NCBI GenBank assembly: GCA_000708835.1
Contig: DF237003.1
Span: 43,419-107,418 of the forward strand
Length of the DNA stretch: 64,000 bases
Direction: 5' to 3'
DNA from: Klebsormidium nitens
Taxonomy: Eukaryota > Plantae > Klebsormidiophyceae
Part shown: positions 47,501-60,035 of the stretch, in pieces
Position numbering within the stretch: position 1 is the first letter of the stretch
Layout of the letters: every line of letters begins with the position of its first letter
Made by a program: the position numbers and the translations under genes
Notes under the pieces: generated by a model
What the model was told of the DNA's origin: nothing
Seen by the model: the letters and a program-made list of their open reading frames with translations, nothing else
Database searches by the model: none

Positions 47501-50500
47501 GCGTTAAGGAAAATTGAGAAAGTCTTACAGCTCTGCTGACGCCTCTGACGTGCCATCACTGAAGCCTGCTTCTTCAGCTTCCTACACACATGATTCCATT
47601 CTTCTAACAATAGGTTGCGCAAACGCGCCACGTTAAGATGTCTTCTGAAGCAGTGATGTCCGCAAGCGGAAAAGTACAGTGTGTCAAGGATTTTTCTTAA
47701 CTTACTTCTCCCCTAAAAAGCCCTGACTCCACGTTTCTTCTTGTTGCTGCAGGCTGCGCCTTCGCCAATTGCGGCGCGAACAACCCGTGCGACCCCACTG
47801 CCACGTGTACTCTTTCCGGGGGAGTTCCCGTCTGCACGTGCCCTGCTGGCGTCAGCGGCAGCGGCTGGCTGTGCGAGAACCGGGACGCCGGCCTGCTTGC
47901 GGTCGGCGCCAGCAACAATTTCACTGTCCCGCCATTTGTCAACCTGACTGCTGGTGAGAAATGCCTCCTGTCTAGTTATCTTGTCAGCCTGGGCTGCCAG
48001 TGGGGAACGCCCCCTGTCAACTTACTTTTCAGCCCTGGCCGCCAGCTAGAAACGCCGCCCGTCTAGTTACTTGTCAGCCCTGGCTGCCACTAGAATTGCC
48101 CCCTGTCCACTTTTTTTGCCAGCCTGGCTGCCAGGAAGAAACGGCCCCTGTTCCGGAGTTAAGGTCAACCTCGGTTACCGTTTATTTGCCAGTAAGAAAC
48201 GCCCTTGTTTCGGGAGTAAGGTCAAAGTTCTGCTACCCTTTAACTTGCCTGTGAAAATCGCCCCCTCTTTGTGGGTTAGGATCAATCTTAGCTCCTGTTT
48301 GGCCTGTCAGTGTCCGAAGTCAATCATACTACAAGGATTGTCTTGCCTTCGTTCTGACGGCTGCCGGTCGAGCATTGGAAAAGCCCCCAGGTTTGGGTCC
48401 TGTTCGGGAGCGCTAAAGCCGCTTACGAGTGGACCAGACAGGTTACTGCATGGATTTATTAAAATTAGTATGCTCGCGGAGCGTCGAAAGAGCTGGTGTC
48501 CTGGCTGTAAGTCGAGCAGACTCTGCAATCTGACGTCACGAGCGCACAGAATGGGGAACTGCTGCTATGATTGACACATTTCTTGGCAGAGGAGCAAAAT
48601 CCCGTGAAGCAAAGGCACGCCTAGGTGCAGAAGCGAGCCCCTCTTTTTCCGAGCGATCTTATTGGTTCTGCGTTCCCCGTCCGAGCATACTTACAGCTGC
48701 CCCCAATCGAAACGGTGTCCATTTGCAGTGTCGTGCTGCCCGCGTTCTGCATATCCGCCGACAACAAACAAAGCAGCGCAATCTCTCCTGCAGGCTCCGG
48801 AGCTTCACCCTCCCAATACGCCGTGACCGTGAGCGGACCCCCCCCGGCCGGAACCACTTCCCCCGCCGCCGCCGTTGCCGCGGCTGAAGAAAGCTCGTCG
48901 ACCGGGCTGATTGCCGGGCTCGCCGGGGCGGGAGTCGGGGCGGTGGTCTTGCTCGGGGTGATAGTCGGGTGTCTCGTGTACCGAAAAAAGAAGCGCGCGC
49001 ACCATTTGCCGGTGGTCAAGGGTGACGTGGACGACGGAGGGGCCAAGATGAGCGCCGACAAGAGCGCCGTGGACAGAACTGCGAGCACAGTGTCGAGTGA
49101 GGAGATCCGGAGGGTGTTTGGTTTGGGAAGTTCGTTGGTTCCGCCGAGGTTTGCTCTGGTCGAATCTTGTGTATCTTTGTGAGTGTCTCTTTGACGTTCA
49201 AACGTGGCTTGACTTCTGGAAGCGGGCTGGCCCATGACCCATACACAGTTGTGTTGGCACGACTTACAGATCGTAAAGCGCACCTAAAGTCTGTTTCGGC
49301 GCAGAGAGCTGGTCTCTTCTGTTCTGCAAGCCCTAGATTGATCAACCCGCTTTGCGTTCCGGGCACCCTATTCTGATAGCCAGTTTCTGCTCAAGCCCCT
49401 ACCTAAAACCGTGTTCCGCTTGATCGGTCCTCACTTCGTCTTCAAAGCACCCTTCTGCAAAAGCCCCCCAAGCCAGCTTCCCGCTCATCGCCACGGCCTA
49501 GAAGGTTAACATTCCCAGCGCCAGAAACCCTGAATTGCGAAACGCTCGGTTCCAGCTGCGGAGTCGGACCCTACCTCACAAAAGGTAGGGTCTGGCTATA
49601 TCTCCGAAGCCAATTCCGAAGCACCTTTCTGCAGAAACATCAAGTCTTGTTTTCCGTCCCTCGCCCCAGCCTAAATGGTTAACAAACTCAAAGCCAGAAA
49701 ACCTAAAAGAGAATCGCTCGTTTCCAGCTGCGGAGGCGGACGCAGACGAGGCGCTTGGGTCTTCGTGGCGGCGCTTCACTTACTCGGAGCTCAAGGAGGC
49801 GACCGGGGGTTTCGCCCCGAGCGCACTTCTGGGGGAGGGCGCCTACGGGAAGGTTTACGTGGCAACCCTGGCTAATGGCTCGCAGGTGGCAGTCAAGCAG
49901 CTCAAATCCGGGAACCAAGGTGCGGCTTACGGGATTGTCGGTGTGCGCGCTTATGTCTTCTTTCATAGCGTGTGAATATGCCACAACACAACCGTTCTAC
50001 TTTGGCATACGGTTTCAGGGTGTAACGAACCTTAGGTCTGGCGATGCTTGGCGAGTGTCTTGTCAGGAGAGTACCGCGAACTGTAGCTTCGAGAAGAACG
50101 CCTTTTGGAACGGAACATATCCATTCCTCCAACGACTATAGCACAGATCGGCTCTCTTCAACAATGCCTACCCTTCGTAACGCACATCATTCTGCCAATT
50201 TTTCCGAGCCGCACGTTCATCTGCGCTCCCCCATCCTGACCAACGCTATGCCGCGCTTCGCCATGGAGAATGCACGTCTTCGGCGTATCCACACACTTGG
50301 TTGCGCCCCTCCACTCAAATACACGGGGTCGCGCGTAACTTGCGCAAGGCCTGGGCGAGCTTGGGGTTATGGGCGCGCTGGGCACTCTAAGCCGCGCGCG
50401 CTGCTGCGATCTGGTCACGACCTGAGATTCGAGAACCTCAAAACCCTCCATTTCTATTTCGTGCGTCTCCATCCTAACGCAAGCTTTCGCACGATTCTTC

Positions 50501-53500
50501 ACAGGGCCTGGGGCGAGGGCAAGTTTCTAAGCGACTGGGCACGCTGGGCCGCGCGCGCACCGCAACCTGGTCGGACTCAAAACCGAAAACTGCAAAGCCC
50601 TAAACCCAATCTTTAAACTTAAAACCCTGAACGCTTCTGTGCTCGCAGTGCCTGGGCGAGCTGGGCACGCTCGGCCGCGCGCGCACCGCAACCTGGTCGG
50701 ACTCAATACCGAAAACTGCAAAGCCCTAAGCCTTAAGCCCTGAACCTTGAAACCCTAAGAGATCTCCGCGCTTCTCCATCTTAATGCACGGTGTTGCGCG
50801 ATTTTGACGGAGGGCCTGGGCGAGCACGAGTTTTTGAAGGAGTTGGGCTGGGCCATGTGCGCCACCGCAACTTGGTCGCTCCCTAGATTCTTGGAAATCA
50901 GTGATTACTAACAGAGTTTCTCCGTCGTTAAGCCCGCTTTCGCGCCTTTCTGTAGGGCCTGGGCGAGCGCGAATTCCTAGGCGAGCTGGGCACGCTAAGG
51001 CACGTGCGGCACCGCAATCTGGTCCTAACCTCAAAAACCTCTGAACCCCAAAACTCTAAAACCTTGCAGTCTTTCTGTGCGTCTTCATCTCAATGCAAGC
51101 TTTCGCGCATTCCTGCAGGGCCTGGGCGAGCGCGAGTTTCTAGGCGAGCTGGGCACGCTGGGCCGCGTGCGTCACCGCAATCTGGTTGCGCTGCGTGGCT
51201 ACTGCATCACGCCTGACGCGTGCTTCCTCGTCCTCGACTACGCTCCCAACGGGAACCTCGATGCCGCGCTGCGCAGCAGTGAGTCTGTGCGTCTGCTTGT
51301 TAGTCGAACTTGCTATCTCCTCCCATGTTTACAGCTTGATGTGGCTCGTTAGTTGGGCTCTAACGGGAACCTGGATGCCGCGCTGCGCATCAGTGAGTCC
51401 ATGCGTCACTTTTTGGGTTGAGCTTGCTATCCCTCCCAGGGTTACCATTTGATGTGGCTCATTAGCGCTCTGGAAACCAGGAAAGCTTGTTCCTTCTCCT
51501 GTTGCCCTGGACTACGCCTCCAATGCAAACCTGGATGCCGGGCTGCGCAGCAGTGAGGCTGGGATTACGTGTTCCTGTTCGAACTTGCTGTTCCCTCCAA
51601 TTTACGTTGAACGGGGCTCATTGGCGCCCTGCTTTCCTGTCCGAATCTGCAATCTCAATTCTGATCTCACACCTTGATGTGGCTCATTGTGCGCCGTGTA
51701 ACAGTAGATTTGGTTCTCAATTCCCTGATTGAGTTGCGCTCCCTTTACTGGACCCCTTTCCCCCACTTGTGTTCCCCTGAGATTCCCCAGACTTTGCTCC
51801 GAACCTTTTGTATCGCTCTTAATTCTGTTGCTTGGCTTGCATGGATCGAGCCGTCGCCTACGTTCGCCTCTTCCTTGTGTCCGAAGTTTGAGCGCCCTTT
51901 TCTCCATCTACTTCCCTTCCTTGAGAAGCTTAGAGGCTTCGCTTCTGTTCCTCGCCTATCGGCCCTTCGTACGTGCAGTCCCGCTGTTCTTGCCTTGTTC
52001 TGCTTCGCAGCTTCTAAAGCGTGTCCGCGACTTTTGTGCTGACGTTTTAAATACCAAAATCAGCAGATCGCAACGACCATCAGTCACGGTTTGGCGTTGG
52101 CGAGCAGACTAGCTTAAAAGTTTGCGGAGGAAAGCTTTACTCAACTGACGCCGTGTATCTCTGTCCAGCTTCTTCGCCCCCCCTGGACTGGGAGACACGT
52201 GTCAACATCGCGTGGGGCGCGGCGCGCGGGCTGTCGTATTTACACAACGACACGGAGCCGTCGATTCTGCACCGCGACATCAAGCCCGCCAACATCCTGC
52301 TGGACGCCAAGATGCAGGCGCAGGTGAGGCCGGAATTCTGCTCCAGGAACGGAAAGACGCCCGGAAACGGAAGTGCAAATTCGAACAGGAACTTCTTGCG
52401 GGACGACGTCGTGATTTACGAGAGGTGAGGGTTCGTGCTTCTTTGCAAGATCTGGGGGTGGCTACCTAGTAAGGAGAGAGCACGGCGCAAGCATGTGAAT
52501 CTTGCGGTTCAAGGAGTGAAGGTCACAATTTTTATCAAGTGCCGCGAAGTGGGCGCTTTGTTTCTGAAAGGAGGGTATTTCTTTATCGAACCACCATCCG
52601 TCTATAGCCTCTATCCGGGCAGGTCAAAGCGCCGCCTAAAAATTGCATTTCCGGACGAACGCGCTCACATTCCCGTATTCCGATCAACATATCAGTCGCT
52701 CCTTGTGCTGAATTGGACCTGTGCCCTGCAAGGATTGGCCTTCGTCGTCATTCCGCACCACCATCTCCCTGGTTCGCAAATCTTCTTGCAAATTTAAGGA
52801 CAAATATGAGCACCTGACTAAGGACTCGAGGAATTCTGAAATCCTTTGCATAAACTGTTTGCAGCTGACCGCCCGATTTTGTCCCTCAGGTCGCCGACTT
52901 TGGGCTGGCGAAGCTGCTGGAGGAGGGCGACAGCCACCTCAGCACGCACCTGCGCGGCACATACGGCTACGTCGCACCAGAGTACGCGCTCAACGGGCAG
53001 GTGCGCTGTTTCAAGCTTTGGTGCCTCGGTTTATGTTGGTCCTATCGAGGATTTCTCATTGCAACGAACACCGCTGCTTCCGAGGGACAAAGAACAGGAG
53101 GCGAAATTCGCATCCTGCATTCTGCAAAGGCAGAAGACGAGCTCGGCTGGCCGGTATCAGTGCTCCGATTGCAGAGGACGCAATTAAGAAAGAGACTGCA
53201 GGGGTTTGCAGCGCATCAGACGGGAGGGCATTACTTCTCAAGCGCGATCTGCTTAGAAGGGCTGCCATACGGCTGTATTCGGTTTCTTCCTATTCTCGGA
53301 GTCGACGCTGTTGCAGAACGTACCCCGTCAATTCACGGACTTGCTGCATAGAACTCGTATGCGGTCCGTTGTGACCTTCTCTAACTTCGATCACGCGTCA
53401 CAGGACTCGGCCCCCCGGAGACGAACCCACTCGATTGTATTTCATCCTTCACCGTTGTCCTCCTGCCGCCCTGCTGACGTCACTTCCCCCCGGCAGGTGA

Positions 53501-54722
53501 CGAAGCGGAGTGACGTGTACAGCTTCGGCGTGGTGCTGCTGGAGATTCTGACGGGCTACCGGGCGCTCGAGCTGACGCCCGAGGGCAACCGCAAGAACCT
53601 AGTGGACGCCGTAAGGATTATGCAAACAAGTGTCCTCACCGACCTGCTTTTAGGAGCGGATGTGGACAGTCGGAGATTGAGATGGTCTAACCTTCGAAAT
53701 CCAATAGTCATCAGTGGGTTACTTTTTTGATCGTGTTTCGCTTCTTGGTCCTCCTGTAACGCCAGAGCATCTGAATCTCGTTTGGCGCCTGTCCGCCCAT
53801 TTGTACGCTCAGTCCGAAACACGTCTGAATCAGGTCTGAAACAATCTGAACTCGATCTGAACCTTACTTCGATTCGGATTTGATTCAGATGTTATTCAGA
53901 CAAAAGCTTTCTCAAAGTGGCACTGGGTCGAGCTTCCAGTCTGTATAGATGCATTACGACCTGGAGCAACGACTGCAGAACACAGTCTCTCATGCAGCTG
54001 TGAACAAAATGCAGCTGACGAAATCCTAGGGGCTTCGTCAATTTCAAAAGCTCGAGCGATCGGGCGAGAACCACCCGTCATTTCACTGCTTGCTACTTCC
54101 GAATTCCTATTGACTTTAAGCTTTGACCCCGTTGGGCCATGAGCAGAGCATGGGCGCTCGCCTTCTGGGCTGCGGTCTCCATTCTCCTCACCCCCAAATC
54201 TTGACCATGAATCCGGTCAGAATCCTCTCTGTAGTAGACCAAATGAAAAGGCAGTACTTCCAAAGCACACACTAGGCTTACCCACCCCCCTCCGCTCAGG
54301 TGACGCGAACCGCCCACAAGACGCCGGGGCGCCAGCAGCCGCTGGTAATAATGGACCCCCGGCTGGAAAAGCAGTTCTCCACTTCCGCGGCGCTCCGCAT
54401 GATCACGCTGGCTCTCGCGTGCTGCGCGAGTGAGGACTCCCGCCGGCCCGACATGGCCGACGTCCTGTACGAGCTGGAGAGTCTTTCCAGGGGGGAGCCT
54501 GGGCCCGGGTTCCGGATCCCCCAGACCGAGCCGGCGGACGACGGCTCGGGTGACTGGTTCGGGCCGGTGCGGACTGGGAGCCTTGGGATGCAGTCAGGGA
54601 GTACGGCGCAGTCGAGCGTCCCGAGCCATTCCACGTGGAGCGAGATGAGTGGCGTCAGCAGGAGCGAGGGGCATCAGATGAGCATAGCGTATCAGATGTC
54701 CATGCTGAGTCAGGGCCGGTAG
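41590..54722 (+). CDS. Receptor-like kinase, copy 2 (inverted paralog of 6873-20246), with an apparent +1 frameshift at the end of exon 12; possible recent pseudogene
   Basis: 17 exons: 41590-41665, 42507-42600, 43006-43117, 43598-43666, 44320-44428, 45005-45147, 45885-45994, 46542-46614, 47155-47422, 47753-47953, 48794-49096, 49728-49919, 51119-51278, 52169-52323, 52890-53000, 53497-53610, 54300-54722. Sum 2713 nt (3n+1). Exon 12 is 192 nt against 191 in copy 1. Same domain order and kinase motifs as copy 1. Confidence 0.88.
47930..48150 (+). repeat. ~45-bp tandem repeat, about four decayed copies of the exon 10 end and donor region of RLK2
   Basis: ttgtcagcc(c)tgg(g)ctgcca...aacgcc(c/g)cc(t/c)gtc recurs four times after the real donor at 47954. 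The unit matches the single exon-end/donor junction of copy 1 (tttgtcagcctggctgcca|gtgagagacgccccctgtctag). Confidence 0.85.
50340..51560 (+). repeat. Five decayed acceptor-side copies and two donor-side copies of RLK2 exon 13
   Basis: (g)gcctgggcgag...ctgggc...gcaccgcaa(c/t)(c/t)tggtc-like units start at ~50348, 50504, 50649, 50813 and 50956, ahead of the real exon at 51119. aacctggatgccg(c/g)gctgcgca.cagtgag copies lie at ~51368 and ~51528. Confidence 0.9.
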
Positions 54723-56668
54723 GATGCGCGCGCAGCGGCGTTAAGATGGTGATGCGTTTTGTCGCGAGGGGTCAAATAGGTCGTACCTGTAGATCCTCTA
54801 AAGAGGTGCCCGCCGGTCAATGTTGCAAGGCGAGAGGGCAAGAGTTGAGCGTTTTGCAAGCTCTTTGCGAGGATCATGATAATGTTTGCCAATGTAACAT
54901 AGGTGAAAAAACAAAAAATAAAGTAATGTAGAGTAAGGTAAGATAAAGTACGATAAAGTGAGGTAAAGTAAGATCGAGATTGCACTATTTCATGTCTCCA
55001 GATTCTTTGGAAGCAACATTACGCCGATACTGATGCTCTGGCTGCCCGCCTGAGCTGTACTCGCGGCAACAGTCGGGGTAGACTAACATGTGTGCTTTGA
55101 TTGGGTCGCTAAGCTGCGACATGATACGTCATGCAATGAGTATCCGGGCCGCGATCGGACACAGAATGAGCTATGCAGCGAACTAGCTAGCTTGCAAAGT
55201 TTTCAGCGCATATACGGAGCGCGTACATACGTAATGTTGCTGCTCGCCTAAATATACTCGGTCCAGTTTCATGTTGTGCCAGGCAATATGATAGAGCGGA
55301 TGCCTGGCTGCAGCCGCGGGGCGGCCACCACGTTGCATGGTTCAAAGCCGCGCATAAGCTGCATGGTGCGCCGGGCATTGGTTTAAGGATTTGAAGCAGA
55401 AAAGCCCATGGGGCGGCGCATTGAACAATCGCCTGTTGCGCACGGCCCTTGACTCAAATCATTTCGGAGGTCCAAGGAGTCAATGCCTGCCACTGAGCTG
55501 GCGGCTGCATGCGGGCATCGGGCCTTCCATGCCTCTCCGGGCAAGTCAGCCGCACAAGTCACAAAGTCCTAGCACCTTTACAATTCTCGCTTTGCATAAA
55601 ACTTAGCTTTCCTTCGATTCTGAGACGCGCAAATTTGCGATGTGCACCAGGACCGTACTCGGAGGCAGCGGAGCCAAAAGAGTCATTAAGAGCCGTTATA
55701 GCCTAAAGCTGCACATGCTAATGCTCAGGTTTTCAGCTGCTTGATTGAAACTGAGGCACAATTAATCCGATCAGGGCCTGCCGCCAGGTTGACTATCATT
55801 AAGTTACGATCACGTTTTAGTGCGCGGGCAGCTCATGCGGATAAGGTAGCTCAATGAGCTGAGCGGCCTTTGTGCTTCGTGCGCGCGATCATGCAAGCCT
55901 GCCGCTACCATTGGCAACCTCCCACCAATCGGCAATGCACCTTATGCCCAGCTTGACAAGCAGATGCTTAGTGGCTTAGGAATAGACCTCCTGACTCTGC
56001 CCGTGAATGCAGCATGTCATCAGGGCTATGATCGACGATTTATGGAATCTCTTGAGTAACTTGTTCTTCCAGTCTGTGGCCTGGCGCATGTTCTCCAAAT
56101 CCCGAAGTGCCACGTGTAGCACCTAGATACTGTACCGGAGTCGCTCCGGGCCGTCCCTCCTGTGACTGTATGATTCTGAGGAGCTCGCCGGAAAGTATGC
56201 TGATGCCACAACGCTATTCTCGCCATTACTGATCCCACGCTGCACAAACGCAAGAACAAGGCTGATTTAGGTGCGCCGCTCGAGAAGTCCTTCCACCAAA
56301 AAGCTGACTTTTGCAGCAGTCGATGACATCCGAAGAGGGCCGCTATAGTAACTGATTGCCGAATTCGGGAGCAGACTCGCTTTCCATTGCTTAGATATGC
56401 ACTTGTGCAAGTCATTGTCACGCGTCTATCGAAGAAAGGTTCATGCTAAGATTGGGTGAACATCTGACGACTACTGAGGACAAAACAATGATGAGTTCAG
56501 CCGTGCTCGTCTTCTAGCTCTGAAGGTCTGCCCGTTCAGCAGCTGAGAGTTCTCTCCCCCAAGTTGAATACATCAGAAGTGATTACCTGTCTCTGATGAG
56601 GCGGCTGTTGATCAGTTAGTAGCCAAATTAAAGCCATTCCCTGGAGGTTCCAGTGCTGCAGCCTCAAC

Positions 56669-59600
56669 ATGGCAAGAGATGCATCTAGCGAGGAGATGGA
56701 AGAATTCCTGGTAGCCGACATTGCACCTGCTGCGGAGGTAATGTACATTCTTATCAAATATTGATCTGAACGGAAGACGCGCCAGGAATGCGGCTCTAAC
56801 AGTGCGTTCGGCAGCCAAATTTGACCAAAGAACAATCTCATCGTTGGCCTCAAACCTCTGGACCTCTAGACTTTGTCTCGAGATGAGGACGACCACTCAG
56901 GCACAGCGAATCTGAAGCCCTGCCATACTCCCAACCAAACACCCCTATCGCTGATCAAAGGGAACCATCTTGAACCTCAGCTATGCCAAGACCTGGAATA
57001 CATCTTAATCTCGCGGCCTTTCGAGCAGGTATGCGCTCGCATTGAGCAGCTCGTGGTACGCTTCCTCTTGGCAGCGTCTGATGACGAGGATCCTACGGTG
57101 CTCGACTTCGACATGGTGAGCTGCTGATAATTCTCGGCTTCCAAGATCGATGGTGTTAAAGAGACACACTGACAAGTGCTACATGCGGAGCACGTGTAAG
57201 ATATCGCAAAGTGCTTAGCTGAACTCCGCGCATGCTTTCTGTGCCTCCAGGTAGACCGAAATACAAGGAACGGGGTCTACTTCGATGGTAGGGACGAGCA
57301 GAATGGTGCAAACGCGGCTCTATACCTGGTGGGAGGGACGAGGACCATCTCGTTACGCAGCGGAAACACCAGGAGCTATTTGCGGGGTCCGCCTCAATGC
57401 CCATACTCCTTCTTTCGAGATAATTTAAAAGATATGGACTCTCCTCTCTTGCAGTTTCTTCAATCATGTAGGTCAGCTTCAGATTAGTGCCATAGCCAGA
57501 TTGTACGAAGAACGAAGACAAAATGAACGAACGTTGACAAGCGGTGGTCAATCAATCATGGATTCTTGTCGAACTTCTTTCAGCATCTGACGAATGACAA
57601 TCTTTTCGACAGTTTGGAAGGTCCTAGAACAGTCCTACAAGCTCCTTTTAGCGCGGAAATCGTGTACCTTGCGAGAGGTGAGCCTTCTTTACCGTAAACT
57701 TACCGAATATCCTCGATACAATCATTGTGCTTTGATTTGGTGATTGAACTGCATACTTTTCTGGATTCTGGATCCCTTTTATCAACTAAATTCACATCGA
57801 AGCACACCAGAGCTGCATAGATTGTCCGGTGAATGTGCATGGCTGAAGGTTTAGTGCAACCTTGCAGCTCTATTACGTTCTGGTGTCGCAAGCGTCTGAG
57901 TACTTTTCGAACCAGTCGCAAGTCAACGAGGCTATTCAAGGTGAGGCTTCTACTCATGGCAGACATGCAGCACGATTGACACCTCTGACAATGTTATATC
58001 CACAGTGTCTACTTATGGAAGCACTTCCTTTTCCCTCTGTTCACTAAAATACTAATACTAATGTTTGCCTTCTATCTTCGAACCAGTCCTTTCCTCTCGA
58101 ACGGAAAAATGATTGCTGATCATCGGTCTTCGTATTCGGAAGCTACAGACCAATGTTGTGAATTTTCTGTAACTCTCCATATTCATTCAAGGTTGGATAC
58201 AAAGTATGCCCCTCGCGAAACGATTGGCCTTGGCGTTTCTGCAGATTGCGTCTCCCTGCTCCGATGCACTCGCCAGAGCCTTGGCATCGTGGCAGCCAGC
58301 AGGGGCGCAGTGGTTGGGCGTCTGATGATCAAAGAGCGTCCCACCAGCCGCTGGATCGATTGCACACAGCTCGGAACGAACGGCATGCAGATAACGGGCG
58401 ACATCCGCAGCCTGGAAGCCTACACTTTCCAGTCCGATGCTAGATACATTCTTGTTGTGGAAAAGGACGCGGTCTTTCAGCGACTGTCAGAGGACCGTTT
58501 CTTTATGGCGGTTCCGAGCATCCTCGTCACGGCGAAGGGCTTCCCGGACCTCGCAACTAGGTGAACATTCCTCAAAACAAAGTAGATCAAAGTCTTCCAG
58601 ACAAGCTCCTTCGTTTTCATTGCTGAGGTATGCAAACATCACACGTTTGCACACATTACTCATCCTCAAGAAAGTGCTTCGTGACTCAGGGTCTGAATAA
58701 AGCCGCACGTACTTTGGTGCTTCGCTTTCAGGGCATTTTTGCGGCTTCTTCACACGAGCTTTCCGCAAGTACCGATCTTCGTCCTCGTGGACTGGTAAGT
58801 GTGGCCTTCTTGACGTAATCAGCCCCTGTAGCCACCTTGAGCTTGAAGTCGCTTTGGACGCCGACACTGATCCCGCTTATCGGATCCGCTTGATTTGTAC
58901 ATCTTTGCCATGTATTTCTGGGCCAGGATGTATCCAACCGCAAGTGCTTGGGAATTACGGTGTGACCTTGATTCTGTTTACGGGACAGGAACCCCTCGGG
59001 GCTTGGCATCCTCTGTGTCTACCGTTTTGGAAGCATCCGCATGGCCCTCGAAGGCTCTCGATACGGTGAGATCTCAACCGTTTGAGTCGCAAAAGGTGTC
59101 ATCTTCGTAATAGAGGAAAGTCATGGAGTAAAGCTCCCGGATGTTAAGGTTTTCAGCTGAATGGAAGAAAGTGTAATCTACCAGTCACCTTGCTTGATGC
59201 ATCCCCTGATCAATCTTGCTGGAGTGGGAGGCAGACTGAGATGCTTGTTTCTGATATTTTGCCTTCGGCTGTGTTATTACTTGGGGCTATTTCACCACGA
59301 AGCGACAATCTCCGAAGTCTTGCTTGGATTGTTGCAGTGTGCGACGTCAAGTGGCTCGGCCTTCGGTCGGAAGACGTGCCACAAATCGCAGCACGGGGCC
59401 TCCAGCCGTTGACTGCGAGAGATCGAGCACTGATCGCCAACATGAAGCTGGCGCCTCACATCCGAGTGAGCAGTGCATTACCAATGACTATTTGTTCTCT
59501 GGACCATCATCTTGTGTCATGCACGTTCTGTGAAGAAGTATCTAGTCTCATACCAAGAAGACGTGTCTTCTGAGAACGCTCAGGTAAAAGACTCGCATCT

Positions 59601-60035
59601 TAGACCGTTTCTATAACGACTTGCAAGAACTTATTTTTTCGTACTATGGGAAAGCCTGCAAGCATCGTGCATCGCCAGCAGAAAATTGCGCTTCGTTGTC
59701 TAGCTAGCCTCCAGGGGGCTTATTGCGTTGACCGTGCCCGAATTGAACGGGCACTTTCTGACATTTGCTCGCCCTAACTAGTTTTCTGCTTGCAATAGGA
59801 CGTTTTTGTGTGTCTTATCGAGCGTTGCTGCAGTCGAAGTGGCTGGAATGCCTCATCGGCCAGGCGAGAAATCCACGCAATCTCTCGCATGCAGAACAAT
59901 CCTGCTTATCTGGAGGAGTTCGAGAACATGGAGGCTGGCGGAATGAGAGCCGAAATTGAGGCTTTATATGCTCAAGGCAACAATGACCTCGGTCAGTACA
60001 TTACGAACAAAATAGTGCGAGGGCAGTATCTTTAG
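56669..60035 (+). CDS. SPO11-2: Meiotic recombination protein SPO11-2 (topoisomerase VI subunit A family), ~384 aa, 10 exons
   Basis: Exons 56669-56737, 57029-57115, 57251-57386, 57613-57677, 57868-57940, 58245-58560, 58732-58794, 58989-59065, 59338-59465, 59895-60035; 1155 nt in frame. Motifs ADIAPAAEVCARIE, VWKVLE, TLRELYYVL (catalytic Tyr region), LLRCTRQSLGIVAASRG, YILVVEKDAVF, AKGFPDLATR, LVDWNPSGL, RAEIEALY, YITNKIVRGQYL. These match plant SPO11-2 rather than SPO11-1 or -3. Confidence 0.94.

Noticed and set aside
56026-56421. 131-aa minus-strand ORF divergent from SPO11-2
   Set aside because: No recognisable domain or splice structure; cannot be supported without a database search.
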